The notes: generated by a model from the letters alone, not told the origin. Shown: positions 28,921-38,394, counted from the first letter of the stretch. The stretch: 64,000 nt of DNA from Anaerolineales bacterium (GCA_046485135.1 JAWOHN010000044.1:14231-78230); one strand, 5' to 3'. Translations and numbers: made by a program.

Positions 28921-29721
28921 ATGGAATCTCCAGTAACTCAAAACATCGACCATTCCCCTCGTAAAAAGATGGGGGCATTTCACCAAATCCAGATTGTGAT
29001 AGGGGTTGCCTTCCTCTTGGCGACCCTATTTACAGCCTGGGTGCCTGCCGGATTGCTCCCAGAAAGCCTGACGGATATGCTTACAGGCGTTGTTGTCCCG
29101 CCAGACGAAAATACTGCAGGTCTGGTTCCGACCCCATCCGCCAGACCCAACCTGCGCATTGGTATCGTCGCCGGACACTGGGGCAGCGATCCTTATGACC
29201 CGGGTGCAGTATGCGCGGATGGGCTCAAAGAGGTTGACATTAACCTGGATATTGCCACCCGCGTCAGGGAGAGTCTCACCGGACATGGCTTTGATGTCGA
29301 TCTACTAAAGGAATTTGACCCCCGTTTAGATGGTTATCGCGGGCTATTACTTGTATCTATTCATGCTGACTCTTGCGAATATGTGAATGACGAGGCTACC
29401 GGTTTCAAAGTAGCAGCAGCAATGTCAACCGTTTATCCCGAAAAGGCAGCTCGCTTGACTGCCTGCCTGCGTAACCGCTACGCCTCCACAACTGGTCTGA
29501 CGTATCATCCCGGCAGTGTTACGGTGGATATGACCAGCTACCACGGATTTGACGAGATCCATGGTGATACGACTGCTGCCATCATTGAAACAGGTTTTAT
29601 GAACCTGGACAGACAAATTTTGACCGAATCACCCCATAAGATAGCAGATGGGATCATCCAGGGGGTCCTATGCTATGTAAATAACGAGGATATCTCAACA
29701 CCTCCCACGCAAATCCCATGA
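28921..29721 (+). CDS. N-acetylmuramoyl-L-alanine amidase (Amidase_3 family), membrane-anchored
   Basis: IVAGHWGSDPYDPGA...EVDINLDIA...LLVSIHADS zinc-amidase blocks; N-terminal TM helix. Confidence 0.8.
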   Translation: MESPVTQNIDHSPRKKMGAFHQIQIVIGVAFLLATLFTAWVPAGLLPESLTDMLTGVVVPPDENTAGLVPTPSARPNLRIGIVAGHWGSDPYDPGAVCADGLKEVDINLDIATRVRESLTGHGFDVDLLKEFDPRLDGYRGLLLVSIHADSCEYVNDEATGFKVAAAMSTVYPEKAARLTACLRNRYASTTGLTYHPGSVTVDMTSYHGFDEIHGDTTAAIIETGFMNLDRQILTESPHKIADGIIQGVLCYVNNEDISTPPTQIP

Positions 29722-30773
29722 ACCAAGCCGAGTTGGAGGGTCTGCAAGCCATTGATTATGCAAGGGCAGCCTTTCGACGAGGTGATCGCCAGGAAGCCCG
29801 CCGCTGGGCAGAAAAAGCGGCCGCGCTGATTCCAGGAAGAGAAGAAGCATGGTTGTGGCTGGCTGCTGTTGCCAGCCCACGGGCCAGCATTGAGTATCTC
29901 AAGCAAGCCCTTGAGATCAACCCGAGCAGCAAAGCTGCGCGAGATGGATTGCACTGGGCAATTAAACGAGCTCGGGCGCAGGTTGCCACCGAACAAAAAC
30001 GCATTGTCAATCCAGTTATTCCAGCAGCCAATTTCATCCAATCAGGGCGATCACCCTGGCATATCGGTGGGCCAGTTGCTGCACTCGTAGCGCTTTTTTT
30101 GCTGGCTTTCTTGATCTGGTTCAACCTGACCGGTTTTTCCATCAGAGACTCCCTCAGACCGTATTCCGCCTTGGGAGCGGGAGCCCCCATTGCTGTGAGC
30201 AAGCAGGATTTGGAAAAGGCCACTCGCACGCCAACACCAACCGCTACATACACCCCAACCCCAACGTATACTCCCACGCCAACACCCACAAACACTCCCA
30301 CGCCAACGCCCACCGACACCCCAACCCCAACGCCCACAGCAACAGAAACTCCTGTACCAACAGACACGCCAGCGCCCTTCCAACCGCCAGCGCCCGGCAT
30401 TCCAGATGGTATTGGGGAAGATGAACCATGGATTGATGTCAATCTCACCACCCAAACCGTGCAAGCCTATCGTGGAGCAGATCTGCTGAATACCTTCATC
30501 GTTTCCACCGGCACCTGGCGCACTCCAACGGTAACCGGTCAGTACCAGATCTATGTACAATATCGTTATGCGGATATGTCTGGGCCAGGTTACTATCTTC
30601 CTGATGTACCCTTTGTCATGTATTTCTACCGTGGATATGGACTGCACGGCACATATTGGCATAACAATTTTGGTACGCCTATGAGCCATGGCTGCATTAA
30701 CTTGCGTACCGATGAAGCAGGATGGTTGTTTGATTTTGCCTCTGTCGGTACTCTGGTCAACATCCATTATTAA
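29718..30773 (+). CDS. L,D-transpeptidase (YkuD domain) with N-terminal TPR-like region, TM helix and PT linker
   Basis: Catalytic motif HGTYWHNNFGTPMSHGCINL. ATGA start/stop overlap with the amidase gene. Confidence 0.85.
   Translation: MNQAELEGLQAIDYARAAFRRGDRQEARRWAEKAAALIPGREEAWLWLAAVASPRASIEYLKQALEINPSSKAARDGLHWAIKRARAQVATEQKRIVNPVIPAANFIQSGRSPWHIGGPVAALVALFLLAFLIWFNLTGFSIRDSLRPYSALGAGAPIAVSKQDLEKATRTPTPTATYTPTPTYTPTPTPTNTPTPTPTDTPTPTPTATETPVPTDTPAPFQPPAPGIPDGIGEDEPWIDVNLTTQTVQAYRGADLLNTFIVSTGTWRTPTVTGQYQIYVQYRYADMSGPGYYLPDVPFVMYFYRGYGLHGTYWHNNFGTPMSHGCINLRTDEAGWLFDFASVGTLVNIHY
30225..30375 (+). repeat. Low-complexity Pro/Thr-rich coding repeat (linker of the L,D-transpeptidase)
   Basis: Encodes TPTPTATYTPTPTYTPTPTPTNTPTPTPTDTPTPTPTATETPVPTDTP. 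Confidence 0.8.
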
Positions 30774-30792
30774 CTTTGCCAGCGGAGACCCT

Positions 30793-31371
30793 ATGCACAG
30801 CGCCTTCCAATACAACCAATACCTCCTGCACCGGCAGGTACTTGCTTTGACAGGCAGGTTCAGGATTTACAACCCTGCCAGGGAGCTGGTCCTTTTCAGC
30901 CAACAGAAAATGTTCAAGCTCAAAGAAGATATTCGCGTCTACACAGATGAACGCATGACGGATGAGCTCCTTTTTATCAAGGCGCGCCAGATCATCGACT
31001 TTTCTGCTGCGTATGATGTAATTGATAGCCAAACAGGGGAAAAGATTGGTGCATGGCGGCGAAAGGGTTTCCGCTCAATGGTCAGGGACGAGTGGGAGTT
31101 GCTAGATTCGAGAGATTCTCCGCTGGGGATATTGTACGAAGATAATATGGCACAGGCTTTGCTGCGACGTTTCCTGTTGGGTAGTCTGCTGCCGCAAAAT
31201 TACGATATCATTAGCTTTGAACAGCGAGTGGCTGATCTTCGCCAACGTTTTAATCTCTTCCGGTATGAGCTCAACCTGGATTTTAGTATGGATCTGAGCC
31301 AGAGATTGGATCGCCGGATGGGCATTGCGGCGGCCATCTTGTTAGGCACAATTGAAGGTCGCCAGGATTAA
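30793..31371 (+). CDS. Tubby C-terminal-like / LURP-one-related (YxjI or scramblase-like) family protein
   Basis: The alternating beta-strand pattern (FRIYNPARELVLFSQQKMFKLKEDIRVYTD...YDVIDSQTGEKIGAWRRK...WELLD) resembles YxjI/LOR proteins. ATG 30793 with a GGAGA SD; the track start 30688 overlaps the upstream gene. Confidence 0.45.
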   Translation: MHSAFQYNQYLLHRQVLALTGRFRIYNPARELVLFSQQKMFKLKEDIRVYTDERMTDELLFIKARQIIDFSAAYDVIDSQTGEKIGAWRRKGFRSMVRDEWELLDSRDSPLGILYEDNMAQALLRRFLLGSLLPQNYDIISFEQRVADLRQRFNLFRYELNLDFSMDLSQRLDRRMGIAAAILLGTIEGRQD

Positions 31372-31380
31372 GGAGTTTAT

Positions 31381-31803
31381 ATGTCACCCAGACCTCTATT
31401 CGAAGGATTGGTGGTTGACGAAAGAGACCAGATGGTTGAAGTGCTGTATGTAGGTGATGAGCCTTGTTATGTTGTGAATGACGCGGGCTTCCTGCGCCAC
31501 ATCCCCACCGAACATGTCGACCACCAGGTTCTACAATTGATGTTCGAAATGATCCAGGGTAGTGAAGGATTGATCAGCGAACAGGCTGCCAAAATGCTAG
31601 GCCAGGAGGATATCTTCACCAAAGCCATGATCGAGAGCCAGCTAAAGCAGATGGACAAGCAATTTGAGAACCTGCTGAACACAGGTATTCCGGAAGAAGG
31701 CCGGGCATACATGGGGATGATGGGTTTTCGAGTGCGGATCAACGTCCATGGCGAAGTGATTGAAGTTAACCAGCCAGGCATGATCGACCCAGATGAAGAG
31801 TGA
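31381..31803 (+). CDS. Hypothetical protein (140 aa, acidic)
   Basis: ORF with SD AAGGAG, 9 nt after the upstream stop; no motif recognised. Confidence 0.5.
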   Translation: MSPRPLFEGLVVDERDQMVEVLYVGDEPCYVVNDAGFLRHIPTEHVDHQVLQLMFEMIQGSEGLISEQAAKMLGQEDIFTKAMIESQLKQMDKQFENLLNTGIPEEGRAYMGMMGFRVRINVHGEVIEVNQPGMIDPDEE

Positions 31804-31865
31804 AGCAGGAATTTTTATAATAAATTAACGCTGCTCTGGTAGAATGAAATTAGCAAAATGGTAAA

Positions 31866-31920
31866 TTGCGAGGCTCCAGGCTTCGCAACAAGGGAATCTG
31901 AACAGCAAGCTCCTGTTTTT
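31866..31920 (+). terminator. Possible terminator region (two hairpins, the second followed by a short T-tract)
   Basis: ttgcgaggc-tccag-gcttcgcaa (9 bp with one GU pair), then aacag-caagctc-ctgtt followed by ttt. Confidence 0.3.
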
Positions 31921-32032
31921 AAGGCTTTCCAAATTAAAATTTTACAGGTGGTAGCTTTTTATTGAACCGTGACAATCCCAACTGGCCACGTTTGAGTGCA
32001 TGGCTACCTTAGAAGTAAGTGGAGAAGAAACA

Positions 32033-32869
32033 ATGATGAGCAATTCAGAAAACATCATCGATGTATCTGAATCTGATTTTGAATATCAAGTCTTGATCTA
32101 CTCACAGACTGTACCGGTATTGGTTGATTTTTGGGCTGAATGGTGTGGGCCATGTCGAGTGTTGGGGCCAATTCTCGAGCGATTAGCCAAAGAGGCTGCG
32201 GGAAGTTTTCGCCTGGCCAAGATCAATGTAGATGAGAATCCCAATCTAGCCCGGCGCTACAACGTCAGCAGTATCCCGATGGTGAAAGCCTTCCGAGATG
32301 GTCATGTGGTATCCGAATTCGTTGGCGCATTGCCTGAAGCTCGCATTCGGGAATTCCTACGCGCCCTGGCTCCCAGTCCAATGGATCTGCTGTTAGAAAA
32401 AGGAAACAGCTTGCTTGAGATGAAGGAGTGGGCTCAAGCAGAAAAAATATTTGGCGAGTATTTGCACACATTTCCATCCCATTCTGGAGCGACATTGGGG
32501 CTCATCAAGAGCCTTCTTCAACAAGGTCGCGCGGGGGAAGCCCTTAACTTGATCAAGAAATTCCCAGAGGGAAAAGACTATAACCGGGTTGAGAACTTAA
32601 AGCCATTGGCTACGGCCCTGGCCCGTCTGCAAGCAGGCGATGCCTACTCCGAGAACCCACTTGAGGCAGCGTATATGAACGCCTTACGACTGGTAACGCG
32701 CGGGAACCACGCTGCTGCCATGGATGGTCTGTTGGATGTGCTTCGCCAGGACAAGGGATATCGCCAGGGCGAAGCCCGCCAGGTGATGGTGGGAATCTTT
32801 GAGCTATTGGGAGATGATAACCCGCTTATCCGCCAGTACCGCAACGAACTGGCAATGGTCCTGTTTTAG
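32033..32869 (+). CDS. Thioredoxin fused to a TPR-like C-terminal domain (YbbN/CnoX-like, with intact CGPC)
   Basis: VLVDFWAEWCGPCR active site; helical-repeat C-terminal half. ATG 32033 has a GGAG SD; ATG 32000 is the alternative. Confidence 0.8.
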   Translation: MMSNSENIIDVSESDFEYQVLIYSQTVPVLVDFWAEWCGPCRVLGPILERLAKEAAGSFRLAKINVDENPNLARRYNVSSIPMVKAFRDGHVVSEFVGALPEARIREFLRALAPSPMDLLLEKGNSLLEMKEWAQAEKIFGEYLHTFPSHSGATLGLIKSLLQQGRAGEALNLIKKFPEGKDYNRVENLKPLATALARLQAGDAYSENPLEAAYMNALRLVTRGNHAAAMDGLLDVLRQDKGYRQGEARQVMVGIFELLGDDNPLIRQYRNELAMVLF

Positions 32870-34722
32870 CGCCAGGTGCGCATTTCGCGGATATTTTCCC
32901 ACAGTATATACATTCCCCCTGCCAAGGCTGCGCCAACAACCATTGGCCAGAAAAATTCATATAAAAGAACTAATGAACACACGATCGCCAGGCCAACACT
33001 GATACTGGCGATCAACCTGGTTAACTGCCGGCGAAAACCCGACTCGATAAAGATGAGCACCCCAATCATGGCTACCAGCCCGAACAACAGGTAATGTGGA
33101 GCAAATACAACCAGCACAATAATGCTGGTAAGCAGCAAGGTGGTACTGATGGCGGCAAAGGCTTCCGCCAGGCGGCCCAAACGGAGATCAATATCCGTAG
33201 AAGGTTGGTGGGAACGGTGAATGTGTGAACGCAGATTACCCAAATCGCCCAGCTTCAAACGATCTTCATGCCAATCTAAAGCATCCAGCTTGGCATCCTC
33301 GATGGTGATCTCCTTTCGCAGGCGCTTAAGCTCCCCTGATATTTCCCGAATTCGTTCGTGATGGCGATCATAGATAACTGCCATATGTGGGTAACCTTCC
33401 ATGGCAGTTGCTTCAAGTCCCAAACCACCCAGCTCAGCGCTTATTGAGGCGATCTCTTCCTGCAGGTTGGCTCGGAACTCACGAATACTCGACCGTTGTC
33501 GCTCCAGATAAGCCAGGGCTTCATCGGGGGGAGGCACCTTGGTCAGCCCAGCCCATCCTAATGGGTCATACCAGGCCTGGCGGACGGTTCCATCTCGATT
33601 GTACATCGGCCCAGCGGGAGCATTCTCTCCAGCTACCGGGTCGCGCGCATACAGTCCCCACAACCCGCGATAATCCCTGACCCACACTGGAGCATCTGTT
33701 ATTGAGTCCATGTCCCATTCTCTAACCTCTCCGGGACCGATTGAGACTCCATCACCACGGGCATAATCAACGAAAGGAACACGGAATAAATGCCAATCTT
33801 TTGAGGCGACCGTCTTGTCTCCCTGGCGGAGCGTGTTTACCCACACTTTCCGAACCCGATTGAGAAGGCGGGCTAAAGGAGTGAGCAGAGGCAACTCTGT
33901 TTCAGCGAGATACTCACCCGCCTGGAAGTAACTGGCATGGCTACCTGCTCCAGCATAAACCACCAAATGATCTCCAACTTTCTCGGCCTCCGGATCAGTC
34001 CAATGCCGGCGCAGGTCATCGCCAGAATAATCGTGAACAGCATAAGCTACCCAATGCGGCTGGACCTGCTGGTTTTCATCCTCTGTACAGTAGATCGAGA
34101 TCATTTCCCAATCGGCTTCATGATCATTTACCCCAAAAAAACCGGAGCGCCAATTGTTAAAGGGATAGAGGAACCAATATTGTAATATCAACCAACCATT
34201 TTCACGGATAGCCCTCCCATAGTAGGTGTATTTCGGGTTCTCTGCCTGAATCCGGCGGTAGGTCAACGCAGCGGCAGCAGCAGTGTCTCCTGTAACGCGC
34301 CCGCGTAAAAGCAATGTCAAGGAGAAAAGCGCATCCAGGAACCGCGAAAGTATCCCGACCCTGGCTAAACGCCCCCTTCCAGCACGGAACTCAACCTCTG
34401 GCTCTGCATGGGTAAGACTTTTAACCGCTTCGTTCAAAGAAAAGCGAGCCAGCTCGATTATATCCAACGGCTCAATGAACTTCAGGAAGTATACTGCTCC
34501 AAAGCCATCGTTGCGCGGAGTAACCAGTTTAGCGATGGTCATTTCACCTTGCGGCACCAGTAATTCTGCCGGTTCATTCGGTCGTTGGACCCACAAGCTA
34601 CATTGATTGATATACCGTTCAATATCGATCGGAAAAAAGCGCTCTCCCTTGGTAAAGCGAATGACCGGTTCAAACCGGCGCAGAAGTTCGATATCGCGAG
34701 ATTCAATCGCCCTGGCAATCAT
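32866..34722 (-). CDS. Vps62/DUF946-like domain protein with a coiled-coil and C-terminal TM helices
   Basis: FEPVIRFTKGERFFP and LQYWFLYPFNNW...GVNDHEADWEMISIY resemble the Vps62 YWFFYPFN...GxHxGDWEH core. Heptad-like region at about aa 400-500; 3-4 hydrophobic helices at the C-terminus. Confidence 0.5.
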   Translation of the reverse strand: MIARAIESRDIELLRRFEPVIRFTKGERFFPIDIERYINQCSLWVQRPNEPAELLVPQGEMTIAKLVTPRNDGFGAVYFLKFIEPLDIIELARFSLNEAVKSLTHAEPEVEFRAGRGRLARVGILSRFLDALFSLTLLLRGRVTGDTAAAAALTYRRIQAENPKYTYYGRAIRENGWLILQYWFLYPFNNWRSGFFGVNDHEADWEMISIYCTEDENQQVQPHWVAYAVHDYSGDDLRRHWTDPEAEKVGDHLVVYAGAGSHASYFQAGEYLAETELPLLTPLARLLNRVRKVWVNTLRQGDKTVASKDWHLFRVPFVDYARGDGVSIGPGEVREWDMDSITDAPVWVRDYRGLWGLYARDPVAGENAPAGPMYNRDGTVRQAWYDPLGWAGLTKVPPPDEALAYLERQRSSIREFRANLQEEIASISAELGGLGLEATAMEGYPHMAVIYDRHHERIREISGELKRLRKEITIEDAKLDALDWHEDRLKLGDLGNLRSHIHRSHQPSTDIDLRLGRLAEAFAAISTTLLLTSIIVLVVFAPHYLLFGLVAMIGVLIFIESGFRRQLTRLIASISVGLAIVCSLVLLYEFFWPMVVGAALAGGMYILWENIREMRTWR

Positions 34723-35195
34723 ATTTCTTCTTGCCCGCCACGCATTACAACCCGGATTTCATTTTGATTCAAGTAAAAGACCAGCACAACAGCAGATGCC
34801 ATCAGGAAAAAGTTTGGCTCATCGCGAATATAAGCCATCAGGCTGGTAAACAGGATGATACCTTGGATAGACATCGCCATCAGCCAGGCATAGCTCTTTA
34901 GCCCAAATAGCTGCAGGGTGATCGCGAGAGTCAGGAATCCCAGCACCAGCAGTCCGGCGCCCGAGGTGATCACCTTGCCAATTGCAATCATCAAGAATTC
35001 CAGGCTGAGTTCCCAGGACCGGCTGGGCCAGCCAGTTGTTGAAATCCGATATCCCCCATAGGTTAAAAGAGCAAGGCTTTGGATAAATTGAAAAACAACC
35101 AGGACAATTACGCTTCGAGGGCGCTCTATTTTAGCTCGCCGGACATGTGCTGAGGCCATGGAAAATAGTATATCACCACCAAATGTGGGTAGCAA
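34719..35195 (-). CDS. Small integral membrane protein (about 4 TM helices)
   Basis: Hydrophobic ORF whose stop overlaps (ATGA) the start of the Vps62-like gene. TTG start at 35195; ATG alternative at 35159. Confidence 0.5.
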   Translation of the reverse strand: MLPTFGGDILFSMASAHVRRAKIERPRSVIVLVVFQFIQSLALLTYGGYRISTTGWPSRSWELSLEFLMIAIGKVITSGAGLLVLGFLTLAITLQLFGLKSYAWLMAMSIQGIILFTSLMAYIRDEPNFFLMASAVVLVFYLNQNEIRVVMRGGQEEI

Positions 35196-35280
35196 TCCAT
35201 TAAGCTATGAAAATCCCGGAAATTAGGAGGTTTTTACGGCTGCGCCACGCGACAATCTTTTCCCATGGGCTAATAAAAGA

Positions 35281-36654
35281 TCAGACCAGCATTTGATCTA
35301 CCGCGGCTGTAAGATCTGCCAGGTTTTTCACCTGGTAGATTGAAGTACATTGGGGTGCATAGATGAGCATATCACTATCCCCTGTACCCCACAGGGAAGG
35401 CGCTTCAGGATTTAACCAAATGGTCCGGCGGCTCCTCCTGGCAAGCAGGTTGAACAGATCCAGACGAGGATCATTGTCATTGTTCCGCCCATCTCCCACC
35501 ACAATGAAGATGGTGCGGTTGTCTAACAAACCTAAGAATTGATCCACGAAGGTTTGCAAAGATGCTCCCAAGTCTGTATTGTAATATCCGGAAGGCATCC
35601 GAGCCAACACTTTTTTGACCGAGGCATGAGCATCTTTGGATTGAAAATCGGGTGAAATATACTCGAGATGGTCGATAAAGGCAAAAGCGTGAGTCTTGCT
35701 GATCTGATCTTGAATCGCAAAAAGCAAGCTGAGCATCAGCTCAGAACAGGAGCGCATGGAGGTGCTAATGTCACAAATTAGGAGAACCTTTGGTTTCAAG
35801 GCGTGGTCTTTGCGTTTTATAGAAATAGGCACGTTGTGATGTTTTAGATTTGCTCGAATGGTCGCTTTTGCATCGAGCTGCCCAGATTTGGCGCGCTTTT
35901 GTCTCAAAACCATGCGGGTGCGCAGCATATTCGCCAGTCGTTTGACTTCTTTGTGCAAGATTTCTATGTCCTCTGCAGATAAAGAGCCAAATGACTGGTT
36001 AACCAGGCTGTCTACCCCGTCATCTGGGGGTTTCTTGCTCATATTTTCGGCGATGCGCTGTCCGGTGTATTGGCTGATCTGCTCTTCCAGCGCTTTTTGG
36101 TTGGCAATGAGCATCTGCTGGATCTGGTTTATACGCTGCTTATTCATCCCGAGCTCAGACAGAAGTTGCGCCAGGTCTTGAATGGCTTGTTGAATGCGGT
36201 CATTTTGCAGGGCATGCTGCATACGACGCGCCATCCATTCCCGGTAACGCAGATCATCCGCCCGGTTCATCCCAACCAATCTGCCAAGTTGGTTGAGTTC
36301 ATCCTCACTGAGCAAATCACCGCGGATCAATTTCTCCAACATTTCGCGCAGACGCCCGGTGAAATTTTCTAAGGCCTCTGCCAGCATCCTGGTTTCATCT
36401 TCTGATAGGTCTTTGGACAGATCGATAAGGGGCGAAACCTCAGCCGAGGAAAAGAAGATTGGAAAAAGCTCCTCAAAGACCGGGATACCAGAGGCGTCTT
36501 TGATGAGTGTAGAGCGCAAACTAATTCGAAAAAGATCCCGGTCGCGCACCCCTAAATGATCAATGGCAGCAAAGGCATCGGCGCTCTCGGCTAAACTGGT
36601 GTGCAAACCGGCTGCTCTGAGCGCAGCAATAAAACTTAATATCCGGTCTTCCAT
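35281..36654 (-). CDS. VWA domain-containing CoxE-like protein
   Basis: CoxE-type N-terminus (ILSFIAALRAAGLHTSLAESADAF); C-terminal VWA domain with MIDAS motif LICDISTSM. Confidence 0.8.
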   Translation of the reverse strand: MEDRILSFIAALRAAGLHTSLAESADAFAAIDHLGVRDRDLFRISLRSTLIKDASGIPVFEELFPIFFSSAEVSPLIDLSKDLSEDETRMLAEALENFTGRLREMLEKLIRGDLLSEDELNQLGRLVGMNRADDLRYREWMARRMQHALQNDRIQQAIQDLAQLLSELGMNKQRINQIQQMLIANQKALEEQISQYTGQRIAENMSKKPPDDGVDSLVNQSFGSLSAEDIEILHKEVKRLANMLRTRMVLRQKRAKSGQLDAKATIRANLKHHNVPISIKRKDHALKPKVLLICDISTSMRSCSELMLSLLFAIQDQISKTHAFAFIDHLEYISPDFQSKDAHASVKKVLARMPSGYYNTDLGASLQTFVDQFLGLLDNRTIFIVVGDGRNNDNDPRLDLFNLLARRSRRTIWLNPEAPSLWGTGDSDMLIYAPQCTSIYQVKNLADLTAAVDQMLV

Positions 36655-36667
36655 ATTGAGCCTCGGA

Positions 36668-37642
36668 TTAATTTTTCCAGCGCGGCAGGTAGGAATCGTT
36701 ATCTTTGCCAGGTTGGTATCCTGGGGGTGAGCGCTGAAGCCAATGTTTGGCGCGTTTCAGATCATTCTCGTGTTTTAGCAAAACGCTGAGGGTTGCAGTC
36801 AGGGTTTCCTGGTTCAAAGTCTTGGCATTCAGGGAAACTAGGGCTTTTGCCCAATCCAGGGTCTCGCTGATACTGGGTGATTTCCGCAAGTCCATCGCGC
36901 GCAGGCTCTGCACCAATTCGATTGCCTGCTGGGCCATTTTAGCAGAAAGCTCTGGCACCTTCATGCGGACCACTGCCATTTCTTGCTCAATTGAAGGGTA
37001 ACCGATGAAAAGGTACAGGCAGCGGCGTTTGAGGGCTTCGCTCAGCTCACGCGTATTATTGCTGGTCAGCAAGACCAACGGTTTGTGCACTGCACTCAGA
37101 GTACCAAGCTCCGGCACGCTGACCTGAAAATCGCTCAGAACCTCCAACAAAAAGGCCTCAAACTCGGCATCCGCGCGGTCGATTTCGTCAATCAATAGGA
37201 CCGCTGGTTCGTCGCTCAGGATAGCCTTGAGCAACGGGCGTTGGAGCAAGAAGCGCATTGAGAAGAAAACATCCTCCTCATTTGCCAACCGGTCAGCAGC
37301 ATCTGCCAGTGTGTTCGCGCCGGCCAGGCTGTCTTGGAGCTTGTCGCGCAATAGCTGGGTATAGAGCAACTGCTTTGCGTATTCCCACTCATAGAGGGCT
37401 TTGGATTCATCCAAACCTTCATAACATTGCAGCCGGATTAATTGACAACCTGTTGCGCTGGCAACAGCTTTGGCCAGCTCTGTCTTTCCAACACCAGCCG
37501 GACCTTCCACCAGCAATGGTTTACTCAGCTGTTGGCTGAGATACAAGATGGTGGCAATCTCTTGACTGGCGATATACTTTTGCTTGCCTAAGGCAATTTT
37601 TAACTCATCGGGGGATTTAAATTTATCCACAAACACCACCAT
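36668..37642 (-). CDS. MoxR/CoxD-like AAA+ ATPase
   Basis: Walker A GPAGVGKT; Walker B LLIDEIDRA; 13 nt upstream of the VWA gene. Confidence 0.85.
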   Translation of the reverse strand: MVVFVDKFKSPDELKIALGKQKYIASQEIATILYLSQQLSKPLLVEGPAGVGKTELAKAVASATGCQLIRLQCYEGLDESKALYEWEYAKQLLYTQLLRDKLQDSLAGANTLADAADRLANEEDVFFSMRFLLQRPLLKAILSDEPAVLLIDEIDRADAEFEAFLLEVLSDFQVSVPELGTLSAVHKPLVLLTSNNTRELSEALKRRCLYLFIGYPSIEQEMAVVRMKVPELSAKMAQQAIELVQSLRAMDLRKSPSISETLDWAKALVSLNAKTLNQETLTATLSVLLKHENDLKRAKHWLQRSPPGYQPGKDNDSYLPRWKN

Positions 37643-37883
37643 TTCAACTACCGTCTACCGTTAATTTAATAAACAGAAACAACCGTAAGATACAGGCCGG
37701 TTGTCAATCGGCCTCCAAAGACCCCTGGCAATTATTAATACAGACACACTTCAAGGTAGCTATGCAATTTACCGTGGTTGTTATTTTCACGGCAGAATGG
37801 AGTGCTACCCACTTCAGCGAAAAGGTGCGGTAATGAGAATACCGGGAGTTTATTAATCTCCTGGAACTCAAATTTCGCCATTT

Positions 37884-38099
37884 TCAATTAGATTCTACTT
37901 CTTCTTCGTTCTCCTTTTTCTGCCAATCCGGAGCAGCTCGTTTGAGTTCTTCTTTAGAAACACGGTTTGCCCGGCGACAGTGAGGGCAGTACGCATTATA
38001 GTGATTTAAGTCTTGCTCAAAAACTTCGTCCAATGCGGTATGAACCGCTTCTTTGCCCAGAGCAAAAGGCTTATGGCAATGGTAGCACCGAATCTGCAT
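37884..38099 (-). CDS. Small zinc-ribbon protein (71 aa)
   Basis: CYHC...CPHC pairs; strong SD AAAGGAGAGAG. Confidence 0.6.
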   Translation of the reverse strand: MQIRCYHCHKPFALGKEAVHTALDEVFEQDLNHYNAYCPHCRRANRVSKEELKRAAPDWQKKENEEEVESN

Positions 38100-38219
38100 T
38101 TATCTCTCTCCTTTTATTAAAAACCAAACTCAAAATAGTATATCATCCCATTGCCCGATAAATAAGCCTGTTTATATACAAGTTAGGACTTACGCAGTTC
38201 GAAAAATGGTTCGGGGACT

Positions 38220-38255
38220 GGGGTGCTGGGTGAGTATGCGCTCGCTCAACACCCC
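38220..38255. other. Strong intergenic hairpin (15-bp stem, 6-nt loop)
   Basis: ggggtgctgggtgag-tatgcg-ctcgctcaacacccc: 12 Watson-Crick pairs, 2 GU pairs and 1 mismatch. No adjacent T-tract on either strand. Confidence 0.4.
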
Positions 38256-38394
38256 CATTCCCGGATATCTCCAGCTGAACAGCGTAACCCCTATAAGTAT
38301 ACAACATTTGTCCTAATTGGCATAGTCACAAGAAAGTCAGGTCATCAGAAATCGCTATGGTTGAAGGACAGATTTGAGGGTTATAATTGCTGGC

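Noticed and set aside
29756-30815. Two long minus-strand ORFs (231 aa and 254 aa) overlapping the L,D-transpeptidase gene
   Set aside because: Both are antisense shadow ORFs through a GC- and PT-rich region. The plus-strand gene has an unambiguous YkuD catalytic motif, and the antisense products are low-complexity G/V/W/R strings.
38197-38203. GTTCGAA string resembling a tRNA T-loop
   Set aside because: The flanking bases cannot form a T-stem, and there is no acceptor or anticodon arm. No tRNA is present.
38100-38394. Cobalamin riboswitch upstream of the PduO adenosyltransferase
   Set aside because: I could not find the GGGAA...GGTG...AATCC core or the GCCACTG B12 box on either strand. Only a simple hairpin is present.
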